Source: Elusimicrobiales bacterium (GTDB lineage Bacteria > Elusimicrobiota > Elusimicrobia > Elusimicrobiales > UBA9959). Taken from it: a stretch of 64,000 nucleotides of DNA. The stretch covers positions 7,566 through 71,565 of the forward strand of contig JAMPXK010000003.1 in NCBI GenBank assembly GCA_023701245.1, given 5' to 3'. The notes beneath the pieces were generated by a model. The model saw only the letters and a program-made list of their open reading frames with translations, ran no database searches and was not told the DNA's origin. The position numbers and the translations under genes were made by a program. Shown in pieces: positions 46,277 through 55,563 of this stretch; the stretch's first letter is position 1, and the number at the start of each line of letters is the position of its first letter.

Positions 46277-46726
46277 ATGAGCTCACTCTACGGCGAATAC
46301 AATTACGTGATGGACGCGAAAAGCCGCGTCTTCATCCCCGCGCGCTTCCGTGACGAGCTCCACAAAGAAGACAAGAACTATTTCATGCTCAGCATCGGCC
46401 TGGACCGCTGCCTCTACATCTTCCTGCCGTCCAAGTGGGAAGAACTGATAGCCAACAACATGGAGATCTTCAAGTCGGAGAACAAGGAAGAGGAGCGGGC
46501 TTTCAAGCGCTTCTTCTTCGGCAACGCGTCGGACGCCCAGCTGGACGAGCAGGGCCGGATACTGATACCCCACAACCAGAAAGTTTACGCCTCTCTCAAG
46601 AAGGACGTACTCATACGCGGCGTGGGCAACAAGGCGGAAATATGGGATGCGCAGGCTTGGTCGAAATACAAAAAAGACGTAATGGAGCCTTCGTTCGAAA
46701 AGTTCAGCAAGATCTTCGACCTATGA
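46277..46726 (+). CDS. mraZ: transcriptional regulator MraZ
   Basis: Track start is TTG at 46268; I prefer ATG at 46277 (MSSLYGEYNYVMDAKSRVFIPARFRDEL). Two SpoVT/AbrB-like halves (DAKSRVFIP, DEQGRILIP). Confidence 0.93.
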   Translation: MSSLYGEYNYVMDAKSRVFIPARFRDELHKEDKNYFMLSIGLDRCLYIFLPSKWEELIANNMEIFKSENKEEERAFKRFFFGNASDAQLDEQGRILIPHNQKVYASLKKDVLIRGVGNKAEIWDAQAWSKYKKDVMEPSFEKFSKIFDL

Positions 46727-47607
46727 CGGAATATACGCACGTTTCCGTCCTGGCCGAAGAGACCGTCAGCCTGCTGATCACCGAGAAGAAGGGCACCTAC
46801 GTGGACGCCACGCTGGGCATGGGCGGGCATACCGCGCGCCTGCTGGCCGCCCTGCCCCCGGAAGCGAGCGTCCTAGGCATAGACTGGGACCCGGAAATGG
46901 CCGGCGTCGCCGCCAACAACCTCAAGCCTTTCGGGGACCGCGTCAAGATAGCGCAGGGCAATTTCGCCAACATAGACGAGATAGTGACCCGCGAAGGCAT
47001 CCGCTCCATCTCCGGCGCCCTGTTCGACCTGGGGATCTCCTCGCTGCATTTCGACAAGCCCTCCCGCGGCTTCAGCCTCAAGCACGACGGCCCGCTGGAC
47101 ATGCGCATAAATCCCGACAACCCGCTGACGGCCTACACCATAATCAACCAGTGGCCCTACGAGCAGATAGAACATCTCATCCGCGTCTGCGGCGAGCGCC
47201 ATTCGGGACGCATCACCCGCGCCATCCTGGAAGCCCGCCGCGTCAAACCCCTGGAGACCACCGCGGAATTGAGCGCCCTCATAGAACGCGTGGCGCCGGC
47301 CCGGGGGGAGAAGATCCACCCCGCCACCAAGACCTTCCTGGCGCTGCGGGTGGCCGTCAACTACGAATTCGACAATCTCACGCGCGGCATCCAGAAGATC
47401 ATGCCGCTGCTCAAACCGGGGGCGCGGATGGGTATCATCACCTTCCACTCCCTGGAGGACCGCATAGTGAAAGAGACGTTCCGCATCATGGCGAAGATGG
47501 GCGGGTGGGAGCTGGTGACGCGCAAGCCTGTGAAGCCCTCGGAGGCGGAAGTGCTCGCCAACAAGAGGGCGCGCAGCGCGAAGCTGAGAGTGATAGAAAA
47601 ACTGTAG
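46723..47607 (+). CDS. rsmH: 16S rRNA (cytosine1402-N4)-methyltransferase
   Basis: 294 aa from ATG at 46723 (ATGA overlap with mraZ); HVSVLAEE, VDATLGMGGH, FHSLEDRIVK. Confidence 0.95.
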   Translation: MTEYTHVSVLAEETVSLLITEKKGTYVDATLGMGGHTARLLAALPPEASVLGIDWDPEMAGVAANNLKPFGDRVKIAQGNFANIDEIVTREGIRSISGALFDLGISSLHFDKPSRGFSLKHDGPLDMRINPDNPLTAYTIINQWPYEQIEHLIRVCGERHSGRITRAILEARRVKPLETTAELSALIERVAPARGEKIHPATKTFLALRVAVNYEFDNLTRGIQKIMPLLKPGARMGIITFHSLEDRIVKETFRIMAKMGGWELVTRKPVKPSEAEVLANKRARSAKLRVIEKL

Positions 47608-47627
47608 ACGGGGGATAAGGAGGCGTT

Positions 47628-47798
47628 ATGTATCCTGAAAACATCCTTAAGGCGGGCGCCAAGTTCAACAAGCTGCTGTCGGGCAGGGCGGCCAGGACCA
47701 AGTTCAACGGGCTCAAGGCGGCGGTATGTCCCACCAAGATCTTCTACCTGTGGGAGAAGCACGGCATAAAGCGCATAGAACTGTTCAGCATGGAATAA
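47628..47798 (+). CDS. small basic protein of unknown function (56 aa) in the dcw cluster
   Basis: Own translation: MYPENILKAGAKFNKLLSGRAARTKFNGLKAAVCPTKIFYLWEKHGIKRIELFSME. Preceded by the strongest SD in the window (AAGGAGG, 47618-47624, 3 nt before the ATG). G/C-rich third codon positions. Below the ORF-track cutoff. Confidence 0.6.
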   Translation: MYPENILKAGAKFNKLLSGRAARTKFNGLKAAVCPTKIFYLWEKHGIKRIELFSME

Positions 47799-47822
47799 CT
47801 CGCGGTATAAGGCAACACGGTT

Positions 47823-48158
47823 ATGCTCAAAAAGACAAGGAACCTCAGGTTGGCGGCTCTCGGCGCTCTCTGCGCGGCGGCGTTCCTGTTCGCGTGGGAG
47901 AACGTGCAGGCGGTCCGGCTGGGCTACAGCATCGAAAAGCTCCGCCGCGAGATCAAGGACCTGGAAAGCGCCAACACCTACCTGAAGAAGGAGATACAGG
48001 TTTCCCTGTCGCCGGAGAGACTGGAGGCCGAAGCGGCAAAGCTCGGCATGGTCTACCCGGAACCCGGCGCCGTCGTAATGCTCGACGGAAAGCCGGCGGC
48101 TAAAAAAGAAGGCCGTGGCTGGCTGGCGAAGCTGCTGCGTTTCAACCGGGCTTCCTAG
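47823..48158 (+). CDS. ftsL: cell division protein FtsL-like
   Basis: 111 aa; single N-terminal TM then coiled coil (IEKLRREIKDLESANTYLKKEI); position between rsmH and ftsI. Confidence 0.8.
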   Translation: MLKKTRNLRLAALGALCAAAFLFAWENVQAVRLGYSIEKLRREIKDLESANTYLKKEIQVSLSPERLEAEAAKLGMVYPEPGAVVMLDGKPAAKKEGRGWLAKLLRFNRAS

Positions 48159-48283
48159 CCGCGACGCCGCCTTCCGGGGCTTCGGCCCGGGAGCATTAAT
48201 GGCGGAAACTGACAACTTCAGAGCGATGTTCGACAGGATCCCCGTCCACGGGGGACACGGCTTCGCAGCAGCGGCAGCCGCAC

Positions 48284-49969
48284 ATGACAGCCAAAACCCT
48301 AAAAACAAGAATTCATATATGCGCCTACGCGGCCACAATTCCGGCTTTGATGATTGGGGCGCGCCTGTTCTGGCTCCAAACCGTCAGGCACGAAAATCTT
48401 TCAGAAACTGCTTCTAAGGAATTCAACAGGACAGTTTCGGAGATAGGCCCCCGGGGCCGCGTCTTCGACGCCGGCGGGGAACTGCTGGCGCAGTCCATAA
48501 CCGCCTGGCACGCGTCCCTCATGAAGAAAGAGGTGAAGGACCACGCCGCCACCGTCAGCGCCCTCACCAAGGCGCTGGACCTGCCGCCCGCCTTCCGCGA
48601 AAAATACCGCAAAGCCAAAAATTTCGTCCCGGTAAAAAAGGACCTGCACCGCGCCGCCGCCGAGGCGGTAAAGGCGCTCAAGCTCAAGGGTGTGGCCCTG
48701 GAGGCCGTCCAGAACCGTTATTACCCGTCGGGAGACCTGGCCCGCAACCTCATAGGGGTAACGCGCCAGGAGCGCGGCCTGACCGGCCTGGAACTGCTCT
48801 ACGACAAGGTGCTCACCGGCCACGTCAGCAAGCGTGAGATCATCCGAGACGCGGCCGGGCGCGTCATCTTCCAGGATAAACTGGAGAAGGACGCCCGCCC
48901 CCGCGACCTGCACCTGACCCTGGACAAGAACATCCAGTATTTCGCCCAGGAGGCCATACGAAAGTCCGTGGAGAAGAACCGGGCCGAACTGGGCATGGCC
49001 CTGGTACAGGACCCGCAGAGCGGCAGGATACTCGCCATGGCCACGTGGCCGCGGGACCTGGAAAAGATCCAGCCGGTGGAGTGGACCTACGAGCCAGGCT
49101 CCACGTTCAAAGCCATAACCCTAGCGGCGGCGCTGGAGACCAAAATAGCGGCGGAGCTGGACACTTTCTACTGCGAGAACGGCGCCTGGGCCTTCAACAG
49201 CAAAGTCACCCTGCACGACCACGAACCTGAGAAGACGCTGACCCTTTCGCAGGTGATAGAGCGCTCCTCCAACATAGGCACGGCAAAACTGGGCCTGAAA
49301 CTGGGGGTCAAGGATTTCTACCTCTACACCAAGGCCTTCGGCTTCGGGGCCAAGTCCGGCCTGGGCTTCGCCGGGGAATCCGCGGGGCTGCTGCGGCCGC
49401 TGGAACGCTTCAAGCAGATAGACCTCGCCGTGGGCTCCTACGGGCACGGCATCGCCGCCACGCCGCTGCAGGTGGTCAACGCCTACTCCGCGCTGGCCAA
49501 CGGCGGCCGGCTTTACGAGCCGCGGCTGGTGGAGCGCGTCACCGAATTCGAGGGGGAACAGGTCTTCGGCAGCGAACCCGCAGTTATCCGCCAGGTGATC
49601 TCCCCGGGCGTGTCCGGCCGGGTAAAGGCCATCCTGCGCAACGTGGTGGAGAAGGGCACGGGCAAGAACGCCGCTATCCCCGGCTACTCCATAGCCGGCA
49701 AGACCGGCACCTCCAAGAAAATAGACCCGCGCACGGGGAAATACCTGACCGGCAAGAACGTGGCCTCCTTCGCCGGCTTCTTCCCGGTACCGGAACCGCG
49801 CTACACCATACTGGTGGTGCTGGACAACCCCAAAGGGCTCACCTACGGCGGCGAGACGGCCGCCCCGGCCTTCCGCGAGATAGCCAAGAAGATCATCACG
49901 CTGAAAGGCATCAAGCCCGACACGCCCGTGAACGCAAAAGACGCGGCCCCGGCCCATGTGTCCGACTAG
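48284..49969 (+). CDS. ftsI: penicillin-binding protein (FtsI/PBP3-type transpeptidase)
   Basis: 561 aa; N-terminal TM; SxxK (GSTFKAIT), SxN (RSSNIG), KTG (GKTGTS) motifs. Confidence 0.93.
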   Translation: MTAKTLKTRIHICAYAATIPALMIGARLFWLQTVRHENLSETASKEFNRTVSEIGPRGRVFDAGGELLAQSITAWHASLMKKEVKDHAATVSALTKALDLPPAFREKYRKAKNFVPVKKDLHRAAAEAVKALKLKGVALEAVQNRYYPSGDLARNLIGVTRQERGLTGLELLYDKVLTGHVSKREIIRDAAGRVIFQDKLEKDARPRDLHLTLDKNIQYFAQEAIRKSVEKNRAELGMALVQDPQSGRILAMATWPRDLEKIQPVEWTYEPGSTFKAITLAAALETKIAAELDTFYCENGAWAFNSKVTLHDHEPEKTLTLSQVIERSSNIGTAKLGLKLGVKDFYLYTKAFGFGAKSGLGFAGESAGLLRPLERFKQIDLAVGSYGHGIAATPLQVVNAYSALANGGRLYEPRLVERVTEFEGEQVFGSEPAVIRQVISPGVSGRVKAILRNVVEKGTGKNAAIPGYSIAGKTGTSKKIDPRTGKYLTGKNVASFAGFFPVPEPRYTILVVLDNPKGLTYGGETAAPAFREIAKKIITLKGIKPDTPVNAKDAAPAHVSD

Positions 49970-49993
49970 CCGCAAATTTTCTATCATCTTAAC

Positions 49994-51472
49994 ATGAAGC
50001 TCTCGCTGCTGTTCCCAACAGGCCCTGCCGGGGCCGACCCGGAAATTTCCGCCATCGTGAACGATTCCCGCCTGGCCGCGCCCGGCGCGCTTTTTTTCGC
50101 CATGCCGGGCAGCAAGACCAGCGGGGAGAATTTCATCCGCCAGGCCCTGGAGAAGGGCGCCGCCGCCGTGGTATGCGCGGCCCAGCCGCCGGCGGCGATG
50201 CGCGGCGCCTTCCCAAAAGCCGTCTTCCTTACCGCCGGCGACCTGCAGCGCGCCCTCTCCGGCGCCGCCGCCGTTTTTTACGGCCGGCCCTCGGAAAAGC
50301 TGAAGGTCTACGGCCTTACCGGCACCAAGGGCAAGACCACCACCGCTTACGTGCTCGAGGCCATCCTGAGCCGCGCCGGCGCCCTGCCCGGCGTAGTAGG
50401 AACCATAGATTACCGCGTGGGCGGCCGGGTGCTGGCGCAGGCGGCCAATACCACGCCCTTCGCGCACACCCTGCAGCAGCTGCTGGCCAGCATGGCAGAG
50501 GCGGGGGCGAAGGCCGCCATCCTGGAGGTCTCCTCCCACGCGCTGGCGCTGGGCCGCGCCGAGGACGTGGCTTTCGACGTGGCCGCCTTCACCAACCTGC
50601 AGAGCGACCACCTGGATTTCCACGGCGACCGGGAAAAGTATTTCGGCGCCAAGGCCCGCCTCTTCGAACTGCTGGAGCGCTCCCCCAAGCCGGCAAAAGC
50701 CGCCGTGCTCAACGCCGACGACGAGCGCGCCCCCGAGCTGCTGGGCCGCATAGGCGGCCGGCTGCCCGTCCTCACTTTCGGTTTCGGGCCCGGGGCGGAC
50801 TTCATGGCGCGGCAGGTGCGCCTGGAAGGAGGAGCCGCCAGCTTCACCCTCCAAGCGCGGGGACGGGAACTGCCGGTACGCATAAACCTGCTGGGCAGGC
50901 ACAACGTCTACAACGCGCTGGCCGCCATCGCCTGCGCCGCGGCCGGCGGGGTACCGCTGGAAACCGCTGCCGAGGCGGCGGGAGACCTTAAGAACGTGCC
51001 CGGACGCCTGGAAAGGGTGGACCTTGGGCAGGATTACACCGTTTTCGTGGACTACGCGCACACCGCCGCCGCGCTGGAGAACGTGCTCGGCAACCTCCGG
51101 CTGCTGCCCCACGGCCGGCTGATAACCGTTTTCGGCTGCGGCGGGGACAGGGACCGCACCAAGCGCGGCCCCATGGGCAGGGCCGCCTGCGCTTTAAGCG
51201 ACGCGGCCATAATAACCAGCGACAATCCCCGTTCCGAGGACCCGGCGCAGATCTTCGCCGACATCGAGGCCGGGATAAAAAAAGATTTCAGCAATTACGA
51301 GCTGCTCCCGGACCGCAAGGAGGCCATCACCCGGGCCGTCGGCCTGGCCCGCAAGGGGGACATAGTGCTGATAGCCGGCAAGGGGCATGAGACCTACCAG
51401 ATCCTCAAGGACCGCACCATCCATTTCAGCGACGCGGAAACCGCGGCCGAGGCGATAAAGGGGAAAAGATGA
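49994..51472 (+). CDS. murE: UDP-MurNAc-L-Ala-D-Glu:meso-DAP ligase
   Basis: 492 aa; GLTGTKGKTTT P-loop, DNPR motif (SDNPRSEDP). Confidence 0.94.
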   Translation: MKLSLLFPTGPAGADPEISAIVNDSRLAAPGALFFAMPGSKTSGENFIRQALEKGAAAVVCAAQPPAAMRGAFPKAVFLTAGDLQRALSGAAAVFYGRPSEKLKVYGLTGTKGKTTTAYVLEAILSRAGALPGVVGTIDYRVGGRVLAQAANTTPFAHTLQQLLASMAEAGAKAAILEVSSHALALGRAEDVAFDVAAFTNLQSDHLDFHGDREKYFGAKARLFELLERSPKPAKAAVLNADDERAPELLGRIGGRLPVLTFGFGPGADFMARQVRLEGGAASFTLQARGRELPVRINLLGRHNVYNALAAIACAAAGGVPLETAAEAAGDLKNVPGRLERVDLGQDYTVFVDYAHTAAALENVLGNLRLLPHGRLITVFGCGGDRDRTKRGPMGRAACALSDAAIITSDNPRSEDPAQIFADIEAGIKKDFSNYELLPDRKEAITRAVGLARKGDIVLIAGKGHETYQILKDRTIHFSDAETAAEAIKGKR

Positions 51473-52818
51473 AGCTTGGCATTGACCTGGGCACCCTGGC
51501 AAAGGCGGCGGGAGGAGAACTGCTCAAGGGCAGCCCCGCGGCCCCTTTCGACTCTTTTGTGACCGACACCCGCAAACTCAGGGCGGGGGATTTTTTCTGG
51601 GCCCTCAAGGGCGCCGCCTACGACGCCCATGATTTCCTGCCGCAGACGCTGCCGCTGGGCGCGGCCGGCTGGCTGGCGCGCGGCGACGCCGCCGCGGCCC
51701 TGAAAACCCTGCCGCCCACCGTGGTGACTGTTCCCGACACGCTTAAGGCGCTGCAGGCCCTGGCCGCCTGGCACCGCGGCCGCTTCAGCATACCTCTTAC
51801 GGCCATAACCGGGTCCAACGGCAAAAGCAGCACCAAGGAGATGCTGCGCAGCATTTTCGAGGCAGCAGGGCAGACCTGCTCCAACGCCGGGAACTTAAAC
51901 AACCAGTTCGGCCTGCCGCTGTCCCTGCTGGAACTGACCTCCGCGCACAAGTACGGCGTCTTCGAACTGGGGGCTTCGCGCCGCGGGGACATAAAGGAAA
52001 TAGGCGACGTCGCCCGCCCCACCTGCGGCATCATCACCAATATCGGGCCCTCGCACCTCCAGTACTTCGGCGACATGGAGACCATTTTCGAGACCAAGAC
52101 CGAGCTGGCAGGCTGTTTGGCCGAAGGCGGCACCCTGGTCTACAATTACGACGACCAGTACCTGTCGCGCCTCAACAAGCGCAGCTTCAAACGGCTGACT
52201 TTCGGGCGGGACCCGGGGGCCGATATCCGCATCCTGGAGGGAAGCACCCTGCGCCTGGAACACAGCGGTACCCTGACGGAGATAGCCCTGCCCTACGCGG
52301 GAGGCCACAATTTCTACAACGCGGCGGCCGCGGCCGGCGCGGCGCTGGCCGCAGGCCTGGACTGGGCGGCCATTAAAAAGGGCCTGGAGAATTACACGCC
52401 GCCGCCTATGCGCCTGCAGGAACTGAAGGTAGGCGGCTCGACGGTAATACTTGACGCCTACAACGCCAATCCGCAGAGCATGGCTTCGGCCATCAAGGAA
52501 ATGCTGGGCAAACCCCGGCCGCTCTATTTCATGCTGGGCGACATGAAAGAACTGGGGCAGTACTCGGCCCATTACCACACGGACCTGGGCGCGGCGCTGT
52601 CGCACACCAAGGCGGAGCGCGTTTTCCTGGCCGGCCCGGAGATGAAACCGGCCATGGAGGCCTACCTGCAGGCCGGCGGGCATTGCCTGGTCTACGGGGA
52701 AACCCTGGACGCCTGGCTGCCGGAAGCCCGCGAGCTTATCCGCGCGGGCAAGGGCTCCTTCCTGATAAAAGCTTCGCGTTCCATGAAATTCGAACGCATA
52801 CTTGAAGGCCTGCTGTAA
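51469..52818 (+). CDS. murF: UDP-MurNAc-tripeptide:D-Ala-D-Ala ligase
   Basis: 449 aa; ITGSNGKSSTKEM P-loop; ATGA overlap with murE. Confidence 0.94.
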   Translation: MKLGIDLGTLAKAAGGELLKGSPAAPFDSFVTDTRKLRAGDFFWALKGAAYDAHDFLPQTLPLGAAGWLARGDAAAALKTLPPTVVTVPDTLKALQALAAWHRGRFSIPLTAITGSNGKSSTKEMLRSIFEAAGQTCSNAGNLNNQFGLPLSLLELTSAHKYGVFELGASRRGDIKEIGDVARPTCGIITNIGPSHLQYFGDMETIFETKTELAGCLAEGGTLVYNYDDQYLSRLNKRSFKRLTFGRDPGADIRILEGSTLRLEHSGTLTEIALPYAGGHNFYNAAAAAGAALAAGLDWAAIKKGLENYTPPPMRLQELKVGGSTVILDAYNANPQSMASAIKEMLGKPRPLYFMLGDMKELGQYSAHYHTDLGAALSHTKAERVFLAGPEMKPAMEAYLQAGGHCLVYGETLDAWLPEARELIRAGKGSFLIKASRSMKFERILEGLL

Positions 52819-52836
52819 CGCCGCCCCAAAACACAA

Positions 52837-52870
52837 CGCGACCGCCGGGACAACCCGGCGGTCGCGCTTT
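52837..52870 (+). terminator. hairpin terminator after murF
   Basis: CGCGACCGCCGGG-ACAA-CCCGGCGGTCGCG (13-bp stem) then CTTTAT (weak T-tract). Confidence 0.6.
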
Positions 52871-52896
52871 ATCACCCGATAATTCGACAGGAGCGA

Positions 52897-53014
52897 CGAG
52901 GGGATGGGTTTTCCGGGCACGCGGTCGGCCACACCGTGGCCGCCGCTCCTCACTCGGCCTTCGCGCTTACGTAAGCTCAGGCCTGCGCGAAGGCCCGGCA
53001 AACCCATCCCCTCG
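52897..53014. repeat. structured intergenic repeat, copy C
   Basis: Outer stem: CGAGGGGATGGGTTT (52897-52911) pairs with AAACCCATCCCCTCG (53000-53014). Internal hairpins GGCCACACCGTGGCC (52927-52941) and GGCCTTCGCGC...GCGCGAAGGCC around the palindrome GCTTACGTAAGC. Confidence 0.8.
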
Positions 53015-53040
53015 CCGCCCCTTCATTCGGATGGAGGGTA

Positions 53041-54327
53041 TTATTTCTTGGATTCGACCACGGCTTTCACCATTTCGTCCCAGTAGGTGTCCCGCGAGAA
53101 GGTCAGGTATTCGTACTTCGGCTTGTAGTTGAGGTAGAAGAGCGGGAAATAGGCCGAGAGGCCGTTGGCGTCCTTGGACTTGTAGCCCAGCGCGTCGTTG
53201 CGGGCGACGAACTTTTCCGACAGGAACACGATGGCCTCTTTGGCGGCGTCCCTCACCGCCGGGGTGGGGGAATTGTCGAAGTAGAGCTTCAGCACCTGGT
53301 AAAGGTCCCGCGCGTCCTCGTCGTCGAAACTGCGCAGTCCCCACTTCTTCTCGTGGTAAAGTTTCATGTCTTCCGGGGAGGCCGCCACCAGGCGGGCGAA
53401 CTTGTCCAGCTTTTTGGCCAGTTCGCCGGCCAGGGCCGGGCGCACTATGGACATGGTCACGGACTTCTTCTCCGTGTTGTAGTAGAACTCGGAAAAACCC
53501 TTCATTACCGCCTGGGCCGCCGTAAAAGCGTCCGCGGGTCTGGCCGCCAGGGCATTGAGGAACACCTCGTAATTGTAGCCGCTGCCCGGCGTGGTCTCCT
53601 GCGATCCCACCACGTACTGCGCGGCGTCCTTCAGGTCGTAGACCACCTCCACGGTCTGCATCAGGCAGGCGTCCGAAGAATAAACGTCCACCCCGCCGCC
53701 GGCCCTTATGGCCGCCGCCAGCTCCGCGGGGGAAATATGGCTGCCTGAAACGTCGTCGTAAGAGATCCCTTTTACGCCGGGGGGAGGCTTGACGCCGCGC
53801 CAGCCGCCGCCGTGACCGCTCACCACCAGGAGATATTTTTTAGCCGGGTAATTGGCCTTGCCCCAGGCGATGAATTCCGCCAAATGCTTCCAGTCGCCCA
53901 TATCGGCGTCGGGATAATGCGCCAGTACCGGGGAATTTATCATCGCCGGGTCGGCGTCCTTGCGCATTAAAAAACGGCGGGAACCCGTCCAGTCGGCCTG
54001 GGGCGGCGGTTTGGGCGCCGGCGCAAAAGGATTGAAAGGAGGTTCGCACTTCATCCGGGCCAGCTCCACCACGACGTTGACCTTGTCGGAGGAGCCGGCC
54101 GCTTCCATCTCATTGACGTCGTTGATGGCCTCGAAGCAGAGATTATTGCGCGCGCTGACGTAAACCAGCACGGTCCACTCTTTGGGGGCCGGCCTGGCCG
54201 GGCGCCCCGGCAGCGGCACGGAGATCTGGTCCGCCGCCCCAAGCTGGTCTACGGCCGGGGGCGTCTGGGCGCCAGAAGGCAAGGGGAACAGCAGCAGACA
54301 AAGGGGGAGGCACAGGCGCAGCGTCAT
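53041..54327 (-). CDS. secreted clostripain-family (C11) cysteine peptidase
   Basis: Signal peptide from MTLRLCLPLCLLLFPLPSGAQ (ATG at 54327; the track ORF extends to 54369). His/Cys dyad contexts VVSGHGGGW and YSSDACLMQT. Confidence 0.82.
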   Translation of the reverse strand: MTLRLCLPLCLLLFPLPSGAQTPPAVDQLGAADQISVPLPGRPARPAPKEWTVLVYVSARNNLCFEAINDVNEMEAAGSSDKVNVVVELARMKCEPPFNPFAPAPKPPPQADWTGSRRFLMRKDADPAMINSPVLAHYPDADMGDWKHLAEFIAWGKANYPAKKYLLVVSGHGGGWRGVKPPPGVKGISYDDVSGSHISPAELAAAIRAGGGVDVYSSDACLMQTVEVVYDLKDAAQYVVGSQETTPGSGYNYEVFLNALAARPADAFTAAQAVMKGFSEFYYNTEKKSVTMSIVRPALAGELAKKLDKFARLVAASPEDMKLYHEKKWGLRSFDDEDARDLYQVLKLYFDNSPTPAVRDAAKEAIVFLSEKFVARNDALGYKSKDANGLSAYFPLFYLNYKPKYEYLTFSRDTYWDEMVKAVVESKK

Positions 54328-54333
54328 AGCATA

Positions 54334-54339
54334 ATTATA
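54334..54339 (-). promoter_or_regulatory. -10 hexamer TATAAT, 6 nt upstream of the C11 peptidase ATG (candidate leaderless promoter)
   Basis: Minus strand reads GGGGGCGTATAATTATGCTATG; ATG at 54327; no SD. Confidence 0.45.
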
Positions 54340-54402
54340 CGCCCCCGGGCCTTGCCGCGCATGAGCCATACGGCCCTGAACCTGCCGGGACCTTGGGGAA
54401 AG

Positions 54403-54431
54403 GGGACAAGGCCTTTAAAAATAGATAAAAT
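54403..54431 (+). promoter_or_regulatory. candidate re-initiating promoter for mraY-murD-ftsW-murG (GGGACA-17-TAAAAT) in an AT-rich patch
   Basis: AT-rich patch at 54414-54440 stands out from the GC-rich background; GGGACA at 54403-54408, TAAAAT at 54426-54431; hairpin at 54441-54463 in the leader. Confidence 0.35.
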
Positions 54432-54476
54432 AAAAATACAGGACCTGCCCGGAGCGGGTCCGGCTCAAAGGAACCG

Positions 54477-55562
54477 ATGCTCTACTACGCGCACTTTTTC
54501 AGGGAACTCTTCAGCCCGCTCAACGTTTTCCAGTACATCACCTTCCGCGCCGGCGGCGCGGTAATGACCTCTTTCCTGCTCAGCCTCGCCATAGGCCCCT
54601 GGCTGATAGCCAAACTGCGCACCTACAAGATAGGCCAGGTCCAGCGCACCGACGGCCCGCAGACCCACCTGGCCAAGCAGGGGACCACCACCATGGGCGG
54701 CCTGCTCATCCTGCTCACCCTCGTCATCACCACCGCCCTCTGGGCCAGGATGGACAACCGCTTCATCCTCCTGCTGCTGTTCACCACCGTGGTCCTGGCT
54801 TTCGCCGGCTGGCTGGACGACTATACCAAGCTGGTCAGGAAAAACCCCAAGGGCGCATCCTCGGCTTTCAAATTCTCCCTGCAGCTGTTCACCGCCGTGG
54901 CCGTGGTGGGCTACCTGGCCGCCTACCCGCCAAACGCCCAGTTCGCCAGCGTGCTCTCCATCCCCTACACCAAGGAGGTCTTCCTGAACCTCGGTTTCCT
55001 CTACGCGGCGCTGGCCATGATAGTCATCATCGGTTCGTCCAACGCCGTCAACCTTACCGACGGGCTGGACGGCCTCGCCGCGGGTTCCATCGTGTTCACC
55101 GCGCTCACCTTCGCCATCATCGCCTACTCCGCCGGCAACGTCAAGTGGGCGGGCTACCTCAAGCTTATCTACGTGGAAGGCGCCGGCGAGATCGCGGTCT
55201 TCCTGGCCGCCATGATCGGCTCCTGCCTTGGCTTTCTGTGGTTCAACGCGCACCCGGCGGAAGTCTTCATGGGCGACACCAGTTCTCTCTTCCTGGGCGG
55301 GGCCATAGGCACCGCCGCCATCTGCACCAAGCAGGAACTGCTCCTGCCCATCGCCGGGGGCATCTTCCTGCTGGAGACCGTCTCCGTCATCCTGCAGATG
55401 GGCTCGTTCAAACTGCGCAACAAGAAACGGTTGTTCCTGATGGCGCCCATCCACCACCATTTCGAGCTCAAGGGCATAGCCGAATCCAAGGTCACGGTCC
55501 GGTTCTGGATAGCCGGCATCATGCTGATGCTCATCGCGCTGTCCTCGCTGAAGATCAGGTAA
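54477..55562 (+). CDS. mraY: phospho-N-acetylmuramoyl-pentapeptide transferase
   Basis: 361 aa; NAVNLTDGLDGLA and PIHHHFEL motifs. Confidence 0.96.
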   Translation: MLYYAHFFRELFSPLNVFQYITFRAGGAVMTSFLLSLAIGPWLIAKLRTYKIGQVQRTDGPQTHLAKQGTTTMGGLLILLTLVITTALWARMDNRFILLLLFTTVVLAFAGWLDDYTKLVRKNPKGASSAFKFSLQLFTAVAVVGYLAAYPPNAQFASVLSIPYTKEVFLNLGFLYAALAMIVIIGSSNAVNLTDGLDGLAAGSIVFTALTFAIIAYSAGNVKWAGYLKLIYVEGAGEIAVFLAAMIGSCLGFLWFNAHPAEVFMGDTSSLFLGGAIGTAAICTKQELLLPIAGGIFLLETVSVILQMGSFKLRNKKRLFLMAPIHHHFELKGIAESKVTVRFWIAGIMLMLIALSSLKIR

Positions 55563-55563
55563 A

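Noticed and set aside
48115-48417. 100-aa ORF bridging the ftsL-ftsI gap
   Set aside because: It overlaps the ftsL 3' end and the ftsI 5' end out of frame, has no SD, and gives a low-complexity product. The 125-nt gap is more simply an untranslated spacer.
49121-51112. 663-aa minus-strand ORF
   Set aside because: Antisense to ftsI and murE; GC artefact.
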